Shown here one piece after another: positions 38,461-50,716 of a stretch of 64,000 bases of DNA. The stretch comes from Camelus dromedarius (Eukaryota): contig NC_087436.1 of NCBI RefSeq assembly GCF_036321535.1, positions 53,012,001 to 53,076,000 on the forward strand, read 5' to 3'. A program made the position numbers and the translations under genes. Each line of letters begins with the position of its first letter. Within the stretch, counting starts at the first letter, position 1. Under the pieces are notes generated by a model, which was not told the DNA's origin, searched no databases, and worked only from the letters and a program-made list of their open reading frames with translations.

Positions 38461-39331
38461 TCAATTTATTTTTTAATTTTCATTTTCTCAAAAAATAAAA
38501 CCATTTACATGGTCCATAAATCAAAATATCATAAAGGGCACAGTGAAATGTCTTAGTTCAAATTTTGTCCCTACCCACCCCATTATACCCAAAACTCATC
38601 CCCACCACCCCCATCAGGTAACTTCTCTTTTAGTTTCTAGTATTTCTTTCCATTGCTTATGCAAATATAAATCAAAATTAACTTATATTTTCTGCCTTCC
38701 AAAAATGTTTTAATAGAAATATATTATAGTCCATTTAAGTTATTTGAGCTGAGTCAAATCCTCAAAATTTGGTAAAATATGCTTTACCACAACAGCCTTG
38801 TATGATGTATGTGTGTGTGTGGTCGTGTCAAGGAAAGGGACTGGGTTCCACATCTGGGCTGATGTGATGTGGAACAGTAATGGGGGTGGGGATGGAGAGG
38901 TAATCCTTACACTGAGTTAGTTCAGCAGAAGCAGAATGAAGCCAGAGGTGATTGTGAGAACACAAACCCACCAGGAATCAATAGGAATCTTGGGAAGGAT
39001 GTTGGATTTTCCACAAAAACGGGTAGCAGTCAATCTTATTTAGCCTTTAAGGGACAGAGCAGCCTCAGTTGATATCTCAACTATACATTATTGCCTTCAA
39101 CTATGAAATAATCCTCAATTAATTATTAACAGGTGTACTGTGACTCAGTGATAAAGCACCATCCTTGCCAAGCTGAGAAGCTTAGATATTTTCTGAAGGC
39201 AAATGAAGATCATTGAAAGTTTTTGAACATGGGAATGACATAATCAGAACAATATTTCTGAAATGTTAACTTGGCAGCAGAAAAGCTAACTAACAATCCA
39301 CTCCCAGATTTGGGAATACCCATTAGGAAGT

Positions 39332-39790
39332 ACGCTAGTTATCTATTGCTGCATGACAAATCATCCCAAAATATAGCAGCTTAAAACAGCAAGCATTCAT
39401 TATCTTATAGTTTCTGTGGGTCAGAAGTCTGGGCACAGTTATAGGCAGGATTCAGGTCTTCATAGATCTTTGGACTGGGAACCTCAGTTTCTCGATGCCA
39501 TTGGCCAGAGACCTCCCCCCCTTCCTTGCCACATGAGCCTTTCCATAGGGCTGCCCATAACACGGCAGCCAGCATCCATCAAAGCCAGCATGGGAGAGAG
39601 CAAGCCAGGGCAAGCTAGACGGAAACTGGTCTTTTCGTAGTCTAGCCTCAGAAGTGATTTCCCTCCCCATGTGCTGTATTACTCTATTCATTCAAAGTGA
39701 GCTGCCAAACCCAGTTCACATGCAAGGAGAGGGGGTGACTCAAACGTGTAATTAGCAGCAGGCAGGGATCATCGGGGGCCATTTTGGAGG
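39332..39790 (-). mobile_element. MaLR LTR (MLT1E-G-like)
   Basis: 'tagttatctattgctgcatgacaaatcatcccaaaa...gcttaaaaca...tttctgtgggtcagaag...ggggccattttggagg'. Confidence 0.82.
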
Positions 39791-40119
39791 TTATTTCAAC
39801 CTGGGCATCTAGAAGTCGTGAGGCATGGCGTTAGGTGTCCTGTCGGGCAGAGATAGGGGACTGTGAAAATGAAGACAGGATTAGAATTGCCAGAACTTGT
39901 GAACAGATTGGAGGCGGGGGATGAGTGGAAGAAAGGGGTCAAGCCTGACTAAATGGGATGAATGCCAAGGGAGCCACAGAGAGAAAACATATGAGAAGCC
40001 GATTTGGGAGAAACGTTAATTAATAAAGATACGTTTTAGCAGACTTGGCATTAAGGAATCAGAAGAGAAAGAAATGAGAATTCTTTTGGTTCTGTCAACT
40101 TGGCAGCAGCTGGGGCAGA

Positions 40120-40340
40120 AGCAAGACCCTGTGGACTGGAGTCAGACAGACCAGGCTTCAAATAGCAAATCTCTTGATCATTACCAATCCCCTCCCACTG
40201 GAAAAACTACTCTGAGTCTCAGCCACTCTTATGTTTGATGTGGAAGCCGATTCCTAGCTTTTCTGGTTGTTTTCAGAGCTACATGAGATCACCTCTTTAA
40301 AATTCCCACTACAGAGTAAATGCTCAATAAATAGTACTGA
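40120..40340 (+). mobile_element. MIR SINE
   Basis: 'ctggagtcagacagaccaggcttcaaat' head; 'agtaaatgctcaataaatagta' tail. Confidence 0.6.
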
Positions 40341-41409
40341 GTACATGTCTCCCACGTCGCCTTAAAGGTGGGTCAGTGCAGACCCTTTGTCAGTATCACC
40401 TTATAATCATCAAATACCTGCCCTTGTATCCTATTACTCTAGCTTCAACTACTGCCATGAAGTTTATTTCTGTTTGTCTGTACAGCTCAAACTCATTTTT
40501 CCTGTAGAGTTTTAATAGGTATTGGTCTTAATTGTGTCATACAAATGCCCCTCAAGTAAGGGCACCAGCATCCAGTCTGACTACCCCAGGTCTGCTCCAA
40601 CTTTAGGCCCCAGGGGTATCTACATTTCTGCTTTGTTTTTGCGAAATTATTTTCTAACATATTGGCTTCCTCTTGCTCATCTTATCTGGTCTAGGGGTGG
40701 GGCACTTTCTAAGAAGCTACTCTTCTGGCAAGAAGCTCAGGGCCCTACATGAAGGGATGCATGTCCAGAGTTTGTGGGTTTAGCTCCTGAGTCTTATTTG
40801 CAACATGTCTTCACTCCTGCATGATTCTCTTGACGCTCTTGTCTGAAGACTCCTGTGTGAACCTACCGCCTCATCCTCTCAGTTCACATGCCACCCTGCC
40901 TCTCAGTGTCCCTCCCTAGATGCACCCAGTCCTCCCCGTCCAGCACTTTTGTGAAGGTAACGGCGTCTGATATGAGCAATCACAAGAGACCTCCCATCTC
41001 AGATGCTGCCTGAGTTATCGGGACTCCCACCAGACGTCTGTCCCGGCCTCAGTTCCTGTCTGGAAGACTCCAGAGAATCCAGGGGTGCCTCCTGGGCTGG
41101 GCCTTCCTTTTCCTCCCTTTGGGCTTCCCCTCCCTCCGGAGGTGATGGTTCTTCCCCCGACCCCCTCTGAAGTCCTGTACTGGTGGCCTCTCCCATCTCA
41201 CACTTGTTGCTTCCACGTTGCAGGCTTAGCTCTAGACGCATTTTATTTGCTTGGGGGGGGGGGGGGGCTTGTTCTTTCTTGCTCCAGGGTCATTCCTTCT
41301 CCCTGTGCTATTCTCATGATCTGGAATGCTCTCTATCTCCTGGCCTTTCACCTCCAACTCCTTTTTAAGCTTTGATCCAATGTCACTTCTTCTTTTCACT
41401 CCTCTTGAC

Positions 41410-41500
41410 CTACACACCCATATACACACACATATATACACATACACACACTCACATGCACACATATACTCACAAACACACACATACACACACACGCACG
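41410..41500. repeat. degenerate (CA)n microsatellite
   Basis: CA/TA dinucleotide-rich run. Confidence 0.8.
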
Positions 41501-41699
41501 AAATGTGTTTCATGGTTTCTTGCTGAAACAAACTCCTAACCCATTTAAGCATAACACAAATGACAAAACAAGGTAAAAATGTGCTCTAAAGGAAATGAAA
41601 TCATAGTATTCACGTTTGGCTTTTCAGATGCAGTGCTAACTCTACATTACAAAGAAATCCACTAGTCAATTTAGGAAAACAGAGAGGCAAGAGGACTGA

Positions 41700-41850
41700 A
41701 AATAGATATAATAATAAAGGGGCATCTATAAGAGACAGATATTTTTTTCAACTTAGGAAGATCAAGGTTGAAAGGAAATACAATTAACGTCTTTAATATG
41801 CTGCAGGATGTGGACAAGTTAAGGAGGAATTGTTTGTCTGATGTTGGTGT
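41700..41850 (+). mobile_element. possible CR1/L3 fragment
   Basis: 'ttcaacttaggaagatcaaggttgaaaggaaatacaattaacgtctttaatat' resembles the CR1 ORF2 end. Confidence 0.3.
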
Positions 41851-42197
41851 AAATGCTTAGGTCTTTAACAATATGATCTTTGTGGATGTACTGTCTATAT
41901 CTAGCTTATAAAAATGTATCCACACCAAGAAATAGATTTTTTTAAAATTATTCAAAGGTTGCAAGTTGAAAATATTAATAGATACATGTAAAGCTTATAA
42001 AAATCATAGGCTTGGAGGACAATGACATGAAAAGATAATATCTCATCCTCTCATGAACTAGTCCAGAGTCTTAATGTATTAGAGCGTTCTTAATTCTTGC
42101 AATATCCTCATCTACATCAGCTTTCTAACTAGTGCTCTCCCTTTCAACCATACCCCTTCCCAATCCATTCTCCACAAGGCAGCTGGCATGTTCATTT

Positions 42198-42308
42198 CAT
42201 TTATTTTTTTTCTATATATATATTTTTTAATGGAGGTACCAGGGATTGAACCTAGGACCTCATGCATTGTAAGCATGCGCTCTACCACTGAGCTATTAGC
42301 CTACCCCC
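42198..42308 (-). mobile_element. vic-1-like tRNA-Ala SINE
   Basis: 'atggaggtaccagggattgaacctaggacctcatgcattgtaagcatgcgctctaccactgagcta'. Confidence 0.9.
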
Positions 42309-42339
42309 AGAATGTTTGTTTTAAATTCAAGAGGCCCTA

Positions 42340-42495
42340 GGGAGGATATAGCTCAGTGGTAGAGCGTGTGCTTAGCTTGCATGAGGGTCTGGGTTGATTG
42401 AATGTCCATTACCTCCATTAAAATAAACAGATAAATAAAAACCTAATTACCTCCCCACCAAAAGAAAATTTTTTTTAAAAAAAACTTAAAATAAA
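42340..42495 (+). mobile_element. vic-1-like tRNA-Ala SINE
   Basis: 'gggaggatatagctcagtggtagagcgtgtgcttagc...acctccattaaaataaa...acctaattacctcccc'. Confidence 0.9.
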
Positions 42496-43049
42496 ATATG
42501 CAGATCCTTTCTCCTTTACTTAAGTGCTTCAGGGGCCTTGTCATCATCCCTGCCATAAAGGACAGCCTCCCCACCATGACTTACCCTGCAGCCCACGATC
42601 CCGTCTCTTCCTGCATTCCTCCCTACTCCTGTCTCTCCCGAGCCCTCTGGCTTTGGCATGGGGAGTGCTTCTAGTGGCCGACGTCTTCTCCCCCCTTCAG
42701 GATTCAGTCTAACTCTCACCTCCTAGAAAGGCCTTCCCTGACAGTCCCATGGGAAGCACCCTATTTTGTGCCATTCAATTACACAGTTGCTTTTTGATTA
42801 CACAGTTGTTTTCCCTTCGCAGGATTATCTGAAATTTTATTTTTTGCTTACTTGTTTATTGTCTGTTTAATCACTAAGCTCTAAGTTGCAAATGTCTTGT
42901 TCATCGTTGATCCTTGTACTCCCCACACCCAGCACAATGACTGACAGTTATTATCATCGTCATCAGAGTAATGAATGAGATGAGACGAAAATTTCCATAA
43001 CCAGCACCATTTCACAAACGCTTCCCTCCCTCTTTCCCTTCCTCCCCCT

Positions 43050-43440
43050 GCCGCCCCGCCTACCCATGCTTTCTCTCTTGATTTCTCTCTGGCTTAAAAT
43101 GCATGAAGTTTCAGCCTCACACTCGACTGCTCACAGAGAGCACGAGACAATTGCACCCTGCTCGTAGCTCCGGACCCTCAGACCGGAGGGCGTTTACTGC
43201 GGGCTCGCATCGCCCTTAGTTTCCCTTTCGGTATCGAGCGCACGTGTTCTATTCGGTGAAGAGTTTTTAACACACTTGGTCCAGCAGTGTTTTTCCGTTG
43301 GGGAGTATTATTCATGAGTGACAGAAAGTGCTGAGTGAATGAAGGAAAGTGCCGCGGTTGGCAACACTATTAATAGTCATTTGGGAAACAGAGACCTGCC
43401 CGATCCAGACTCGAGTCCAACGTGAGAACCTGAGGTCTGT
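43050..43440. promoter_or_regulatory. small CpG-rich patch with ISRE-like and E-box motifs
   Basis: about 20 CpGs in 43120-43440; AGTTTCCCTTTC at 43218-43229; CACGTG at 43241-43246. Confidence 0.35.
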
Positions 43441-43957
43441 GCCCCTAGGGATCCACTGACCTTTCTGGTAGCATCGCTGGGAACAATATGTATTGAATTA
43501 TTTTCCCTTTTCATTTTACCAAACTACAGGCTAATATGACCCTAATTAATATAATATCAAACAAACAATATTTTATTTGTTAAATTGTTTGTGTTACATT
43601 TATTTTGGTACGTTTTCATTCAGTTAATATTTTTAGGAAATTTATTATTTGCTTTTACATCGAGATAAAGAAGGAATTCATTTCATTTTCATTCATACTT
43701 TTCCCATACACATTTCCTGGGATAATAATTTTTTGCATCATAATGAAATATTAGAATAAAAATCAAGACCTGAAAAAAATGCCTATTGTGTTAGCTTTGA
43801 AATTTGGAAACCAAAAGAATAAATATTAAGAAAAGACTTTTTATATTTTAATGAAACTGTATCTCCCAAAGGGTTAAAAAATAAACCCTAGGCTTATTTA
43901 GCAGACTTTCCTTATCTATAACATGATTTATTAATTACTTATCCATAATCAGAATTG

Positions 43958-44303
43958 AGTACACATACACAATTGCACATCAACAATTCTGAAGTTTAAA
44001 GTGGCCTGAAAACCAAAAGAGTTTTTATTTGTGTTTGCAGCAAACTCATTTGGCAACAAAATCTTACCTGAACTGATGCAAGGCTGTTAATCATCTTAAT
44101 TTATTTCACTGAGTGTGGACAGTCATCCATCTTACTTCATAAATATTAATGTGCTTCATTTGGGGGTATTGCCTCAGCCCCCAATTGGAAGTTTTATAAA
44201 AACTAGTTTATGCACTTTCTTATCTTTGAAAGAATGTGAAAATTTTGAATTTAGGAACACATGAAATCTCCAGGCTTGCAAATGGAGGACTGAGGATCTG
44301 TAT
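43958..44303. mobile_element. TcMar-Tigger MITE (MER46C-like)
   Basis: 'caaactcatttggcaacaaaatcttacctgaactga...aaatattaatgtg...aaattttgaattt...ggatctgta'. Confidence 0.7.
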
Positions 44304-44304
44304 C

Positions 44305-44500
44305 ATAGAATCATAAATAAATGTTCAACTCGGAAGATACCTATGATATAATACATTCCAACCTCCTCGTTTTATGAATGAGGACTCTGAGTTCAGAGAA
44401 GGGCAGTGACCTGCCAAAGGTCTTACTACTCGGTTAGTAGCAGAGATAGAAATAGACTCCACTCCCAAGGTGCTCAAGTCCTGGGCTCCTTCTACTCATA
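44305..44500 (-). mobile_element. MIR3-like SINE
   Basis: 'tcatagaatcata...ccaacctcctcgttttatgaatgaggactctgagttcagagaagggcagtgacctgccaaaggtc'. Confidence 0.7.
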
Positions 44501-44903
44501 GCCCTTCAATGAGCTTTTCCGGGTGGCAAGGATGTCTAAACAAATGAAATATACATGAGGGCATCCTCTACTCAAGACTCACTGCTGCTGTGTGCAGGGA
44601 GATGCAGGACTGTGCACACACCTACTTTTGAAAGAAGCAATGTCCCTCTTTTCTTTCCAAATTGAGCCTATAAAACTAGTCTGCTAATCAGCACAAGGAC
44701 AGTCACCATCACAACCTCCTCGACTTCTTGGACACCATTCCAGATGCTAAAAAGGCAACGTCTTTGGCCTTACACTCCAATTTAACTTCATTGTTTGATT
44801 GATTTCTATTAAAAACATTTCAGAATGCATTATTAGCCTTAAATCAATCCCCAAGAATTTATTGGGCTTCTCCCCTGTGCCCAGAATGGTGAAGTGACTA
44901 AAT

Positions 44904-45110
44904 CACTGATTTTCAACCAGGGGTGATTTGCCCTCCAGGGAGTATTTGGCAATGACTGATTGCATATTTACTTGTCACAACTTGGAGAATGCTACTGGCA
45001 TTTAGTGATTTTGTGCGTAGAGGCCAGGGATGCACAGGATGCACGTACAATGCACAGGACAGCTTCTGGCCCAAAGGTCAATAGTGCTAAGATTAAAAAA
45101 ACTCTGGGAC
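44904..45110 (+). mobile_element. MER20 MITE
   Basis: 'ttttcaaccaggggtgatttgccctccaggg...atttggcaatg...tgctactggcatttagtg...gtagaggccagggatgc...ggcccaaaggtcaatagtgc'. Confidence 0.85.
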
Positions 45111-45214
45111 TAAATATATACTATCATCTTCTGTTTCAGAGACTGCATACTCTAATTGCAAAACAGCAGCTAGCCAACACTCATGAAGTTATGGAGAATA
45201 ATTAAATACTAAAT

Positions 45215-45415
45215 TCAGTGGTCTACAGATTTAGAGTCAGCAGACTAAAGTTCAAGCCCCGCCCTGCCACCTATTTCCCCTGTGACCTCTGGATAATCAT
45301 ATGAGCATTTGAGGCTTCAGTTTTCGTACCTCTAAAACAAGGCTGTTGATGACTAACCTACCTATTTTATTGGGTTGCTGTGAGTATCACAAGAGATAGT
45401 GTTTTTGAAAATACT
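45215..45415 (+). mobile_element. MIR SINE
   Basis: 'tttagagtcagcagac...gttcaagccccgccctgccac...tgtgacct...gcttcagtttt'. Confidence 0.7.
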
Positions 45416-46293
45416 TCAAGAACTACAGAGCATTATGTAAATACAAACCCATAGTGCTTCTACTCTAGAACACTGCCCTTTACCCAACGCACACAGACAT
45501 GCTCTGCATTTACCAGCCTGCACTGAACTTGAAGAAGTGACCACCCTGATCGCAGTGAACAGCTCCAGCTTCCACTGGTGATGCACGCCAGGAATCCCAT
45601 AGCCTCCTGGTCCTTTTCTTTCTCTCACTCTCCAGTTAGTCACTGAGTTCTGGAGAATCTTTCTTTTTTAAAGAGGGTAAATGCAGGCCTAGAAACCCAA
45701 ATTAATATTCCACCCAGGCACTCCCTGGTGAACCTAATGCTGCATCACAGACAAGTGTCAGACACTGCTTTCATTATGCTACATTGTCCTCTTCCTCTTC
45801 TTGCGTCTTGCTCTCCTGCCCCTTGAGCGTTCTTCCCTGATTCTTTGGAAGGAATTATCTTCCTGGTGATTCATTAATAAGTCTGTTGTTTCCTGATACC
45901 TTCCTGCCTTTGTTTTTGGATATAAATAGACTCTAGACCAGGTCATTTTCAGAGTAGAAATCAGGATGTAAGCAAATGGGGTTGTCATTTGAAGTCTAGT
46001 GGAGGACTTCAGATCTTAAGAATCTTTGAGGATCTCTGGGACTTCTTTCTGGAGAGCAAGAGCTAGTCAGCCAAACTGGGAACACCTGCCATATGTGTAG
46101 ATGTGTCACAATTTACTACATTGTGTGGAATATCTAATATTATGCACACTTAGTACATGAACTTCTATTTATGTACAAAGATTTACTAGTTTAGTTATTC
46201 ACTCTCTAAAAAAAATTTTTTTTCTGTGAAATTATTCTTAATAATGTAATAAAAACTCTCCCATGGCAATTGAAACATATTTTGATTGGTATA

Positions 46294-47129
46294 AGAGAAA
46301 TGCAAATCAAAACTCCAATGAAGTATCACCTCACATCAGTCAGAATGACCATCATTAAAAAGTCCACAAACAATAAATGCTGGAGAGGGTGTGAAGAAAA
46401 GGTAACCTTCCTACTCTTGTTGGTGGGAATGCAATTTAATGTGGCCACTATGGGAAAGTTTCTTAAGATTCCTTAAAAAACTAAAAATAGAACTATCATG
46501 TGATCCAGCAATCCCACTTCTGGGAATACCATCCAGAGAAAACTCTAATTTGAAAAGATACATGCACCCCAATATTTATATTAGGATATTTACAATAGTC
46601 AAGGCATGGGAACAACCTAAATGTCCACTGACACATGAATGGACAAAGAAGATGAGCTATATGTATGCAATGGAATACTACTCAGCCATAAAAAAGACTG
46701 AAATAATGCCATTTGCAGCAACGTGGATGGACCTAGAGATTATCATACTAAATGGAGTAAGTCAGACAGAGAAAGACAAATACCATATGATATCACTTAT
46801 ATGTGGAATCTAAAATATGATACAAGTGAACTTATTTGCAAAACAGAAACAGACTCACAGACATAGAAAACAAACTTATGGCTACCAAATGGGAAAAGAG
46901 GAGCAGGGATAAATTAGGAGCTTGAGATTATAAGATACAAGCTACGATATATAAAACAGGTAAATAACAAAGTCCTGCATTATAGCACAGGGAACTACAT
47001 TCAATACCTTGTAATAAACTATAATGAGAAAGAATATGTATATATATGTATAACTGAATCACTACGCTGTACACCAGAAACTAACACAACATTGTAAATC
47101 AACCCTATTTCAATTAAAAAAATAAACAA
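46294..47129 (+). mobile_element. 5'-truncated L1 (ORF2 C-terminus plus 3' UTR)
   Basis: frameshifted ORF2 peptides REMQIKTPMKYHLTSVRMTIIKKSTNNKCWRGC and FLKKLKIEL...DPAIPLLGI...MEYYSAIKKTEIMPFAATWMDLE; complete 3' UTR and A tail. Confidence 0.97.
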
Positions 47130-48849
47130 CTAACTGGTACAGATGAGTTCATAGAACCAAATTCACCTTTTAAATGCTCATAGTGTACAAATCATGTACC
47201 TTGGTTCAGTACAGGTATAAATAATGCAGTGAAATGATTTATTTTTATTTCCTTCCCTTTGTTGTATTGAGCTCTATGGAGGTATACAACCTCTTCATGC
47301 AGAAGTGTTTACATGAAATTTCCTTCACAAATCCTCAGTCTCACTCAGTGGAGTATAAACAGTTATGACAGAATTAAATTATCTTACTGGTTTGGTGTTA
47401 ACAAAAGTCTTCAGGGTTTTTTTTCCCCTGTGACCCTTAGAAGGGATGTATTTTTCCCATGACACATACATTTTTTCCCTAGTACCCAGGATCATGTGCA
47501 TTCTAATTTGACCTCACGCATAAAGCAAAAGAGAACAATCTTGCTTGGCTGTGTGGCTGGCCCAGCCATCGCGCCACCATCACACAGCCAAGACTGGAAG
47601 TGACCTTGTAACTGTAAACATTGAGTTACCTTTCTCTTGTCAGGCTACACCTCTCTGTGACTCTGCTTTTCTTCGTGTGTGAGATGGTGGTGTGGCTGAC
47701 TGAGGAGCGAGAACGTGGGAGCAAGCTACATAGACTTCCTTTTACTAATTATAAAGACTCCGAGTTTGCTTGTATACTCTGCACTCTGATGTCATATAAA
47801 TTAGATTCTTCTATTTTCTATCTTCTATTTTCTATTCTTCTATCATTTTCTGGGGCCTTATATTTCACTCTTACCAGTTCCCTCTCTGATGCTCATGCTT
47901 ACAGGCTTGCACAGATCACTTAATGTCAGAGAGATGTCTGCTGGGTTGATACAGAGATGTCCTCTGTAAAGTCACATACCGGGGTGAAACGTGCCCCTTT
48001 AACAGTTCCCAGAGACTTTCCAAGAAAAACCACTTTCTAATCCAGAAATAGCCCATCCTCAATTCTTTCTTTCATTGAGCTCCATCTAATGGCAATCCCG
48101 TGCTTTTCAACATTGAGGGAAAATCATGGTCTCCAGGTAAAGGGTAAACTCCCCCAAGGGCATCTAGGGAGCTGAGTGTGGGCTTTTTGCAGTTAACAGT
48201 AGGAATCCTTGGGGTTTATCTGCTGCTGCATCAGGATTTTACTGATTGGTTTGATTTCAGCTCTGAGTACACACAAAGTCAACAAAAGAGAAAGCATATG
48301 CTTTCACTTAATCATATCACAAAGCAGCATAATTCTAGTGCACAGTTCTAAGCAACGTTTGCCAGGGGTTGGAGCCATCCAGCTGTTCCAAATGCCAAGT
48401 CAGATGAGAAAATTGCAGGCTTGAGACTGAAGACGGCAGGAGGCCCCTCTAGGAGCCCTTTACTGTGTTACTTTACAATAAAGAGGCAGCGTGGAAACGT
48501 GCAGAAAACGCACACAGCAGCGGGCACGCGTTTCAAGACGGGAACAGCAAGAACAAAGACACAACGCCTCATTGGTCACTCTGCTGCTCATAAGACTGCA
48601 GAGACCCACAATGACAGTGCACAGGGTGTCATTCAGTAGCTGCTGGGTGCACGGTCTGCTGAGTCACTGGCCTTGGCAAGACGAATTGGCCCAGACCGGT
48701 AGGCAGGTGACGGAGAGGAAAAAAAAGCCTGCTCTTTAAACTAAGCAGCAAGACCCTTTCCTAAGACTCAGTTTTTTATTTCAATCCAGTCCTTTCTCTC
48801 TCTCTCTCTCTCTTTTTTTTTTTAGTGTATCTTTAGCGTGCTCAGCCTT

Positions 48850-48995
48850 TCACTTCATCCTCTTTAGTTTCTAGAATTATCACTATATATACATGAGGAA
48901 AACTTAGAGACATTAAATAACTTAAAGGCATAGATAGCTAATAAATGGAAATGCCAGGACTCAACTCTCTGCCTGTAGAAGCCAAGCTCTTATCC
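48850..48995 (-). mobile_element. MIR fragment
   Basis: 'acatgaggaaaacttagagacattaaataactt...agctaataaatggaaatgccaggactcaac'. Confidence 0.55.
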
Positions 48996-49012
48996 ATGTT
49001 GAAAGAGCAGAA

Positions 49013-49152
49013 GTGGGGGGAGGGTATAGCTCAATGGTAGAGTGCATGCTTTAGCACGCACGAGGTCCTGGGTTCAATACCCAGTACCTCCATTAAAATA
49101 AATAAACCTAATTACTACCCCCCACCAAAAAAAAGTAGGAAAAGGAAAAAAA
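49013..49152 (+). mobile_element. vic-1-like tRNA-Ala SINE
   Basis: 'gggagggtatagctcaatggtagagtgcatgc...cacgaggtcctgggttcaatacccagtacctcca'; 12-bp TSD gaaagagcagaa at 49001-49012 and 49153-49164. Confidence 0.95.
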
Positions 49153-50464
49153 GAAAGAGCAGAAAAATGTAGGGAAATTAGAAAAGCTATAATTAGGCAA
49201 GACAAATTAGTTACTAATAATGGTTCCTGTCAGTCCTTTCTTTTTTATGTTTCCTATATTTGAGCCATTCGGAAAGTACTATAAGTGTATTTATTTATAC
49301 ACATCTTGAGTGATTACAGATATATCAGTCTCCAGGGGACGATTTACAGTTATGGGTTGAAAAAGTTAAAGAATCCAACACCAGAAATGAAATAGTAAAG
49401 AAAAAATGGACAGGACCCCATCCTAGGCACCCTAGTCCCATGTGGGTGACTAAAGGCACCTGATGTGCACAGAAGTCCCCTTGCCCTCCGTGTGGACTCA
49501 GGCTGCCATTTGAGGTGGGCTCCTCCAGGAAACTTTGCCAGCTCCCACCTGGTGTCTCTACAATGACTTGCTTAATTGGAAAGATTGTCTACCCCATGAG
49601 TGAGCCAGTAAATATTTCCGCCGAAGGGCTGTGAAAGGTGGGAATGCATCCGGAAGCAGCTGTCTGAGGTCCGGAACTCTCGTCAGGCCAGCTGGAGGCG
49701 CGTAGTATCTCTTTGTCACTGAGATGAGGTTGCTCCCTATAGAGGATCCTGGCTCCTCAAAAGCTGGCCCTTCCAGTGCCCAACCTGACACCGTGGGAGG
49801 GGCTCTGCTTCTCAAAGGTGAGTGATTGTTACAAAGATGATCCAGGGAAGTCACAATGAAGTGACTTCCAAAGAGAAGCAGGAAACGCAGTAATGTAGCT
49901 CCATCTCACTTCAGTTAGCGTCGTCCCCTCTGCCCAAACCAAATACTCCTCTACCGGTTGTTCGGGCTTTTGGCCATCGTTTGTTTGCAAATAAGGAAAT
50001 TCTTGTCCCGCACTGCCTTCTCTTCAAGGGCACAAATGGCAGCATCTGTAAGGAAATCTGGATTTAGACAAATAGGAAATGCCTCCTGTGATGATGGTGT
50101 TGCCTCCCCGGGAAGGGCCAGGTTGCCGCCCAGGAGGAGTCTCCCAGCAGCACTGTGGGAACTGATCCTCCACTTCTAACTTCGCTTCTTTCCCCTTCAC
50201 AGAGCACAGTCCCGAATGGGTCCACCAGCACACAAGCTGCCTTACAGCAAACACCCACGCTGTGTCTTATGCCTAGTGGTAATCATATGGCCCATAATCC
50301 TCTTCCTTCCCTAAAACAGGAGAAGGTGTATTTCCTCAATTCTTCTCATTCATCCACCCACGGAGAAGATTTCAGGTCGGTCTAGAGATAAAAGGTTCAG
50401 GATATGAGACGTCAACATTTAAGCCCTGTCATTCCTCTGGCAGATAACTGCTATGCTTCAGCTT

Positions 50465-50716
50465 GTCAGAAATTCATTCAGCTGCAAGTAACAGAGAACA
50501 TCCCCCCAGTGGCTTAAGTGCATGAGGATGGCCTCCCGGAAACTCTTAGTTTATATTTTATTGCCCGTGTAGGTGTCGCTCTGTCACCTCCATTTCGGAG
50601 AGACTCCAGGAGGCTGAGATTTTAACCCAGCACTTTGTTACCTTGAACAAAATTTATAAGGAAGTAGGGCCAGAAAAACTGGATTTTGAGCAGGAAAACA
50701 TTAGTGACAGCTACCA
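50465..50716 (-). mobile_element. old MaLR LTR remnant (MLT1K/L-like)
   Basis: 'tcagctgcaagtaacagagaac...agtggcttaa'. Confidence 0.45.

Larger units (their letters stand above)
42080..42980 (+). mobile_element. L2 interrupted by two SINEs
   Basis: 'aatccattctccacaaggcagc', 'cacctcctagaaaggccttccctgac', 'ttacttgtttattgtctg', terminal tgaatga. Confidence 0.7.

Noticed and set aside
46270..46813. L1 ORF2-like ORFs (also 2557-2763 and 28618-28863) as CDS
   Set aside because: Frameshifted C-terminal remnants of 5'-truncated L1s, with no promoter, EN or RT domain
49013..49092. tRNA-Ala gene (and six similar copies)
   Set aside because: Stem mismatches, shared SINE tail with A-rich end, and TSDs show they are tRNA-derived SINEs
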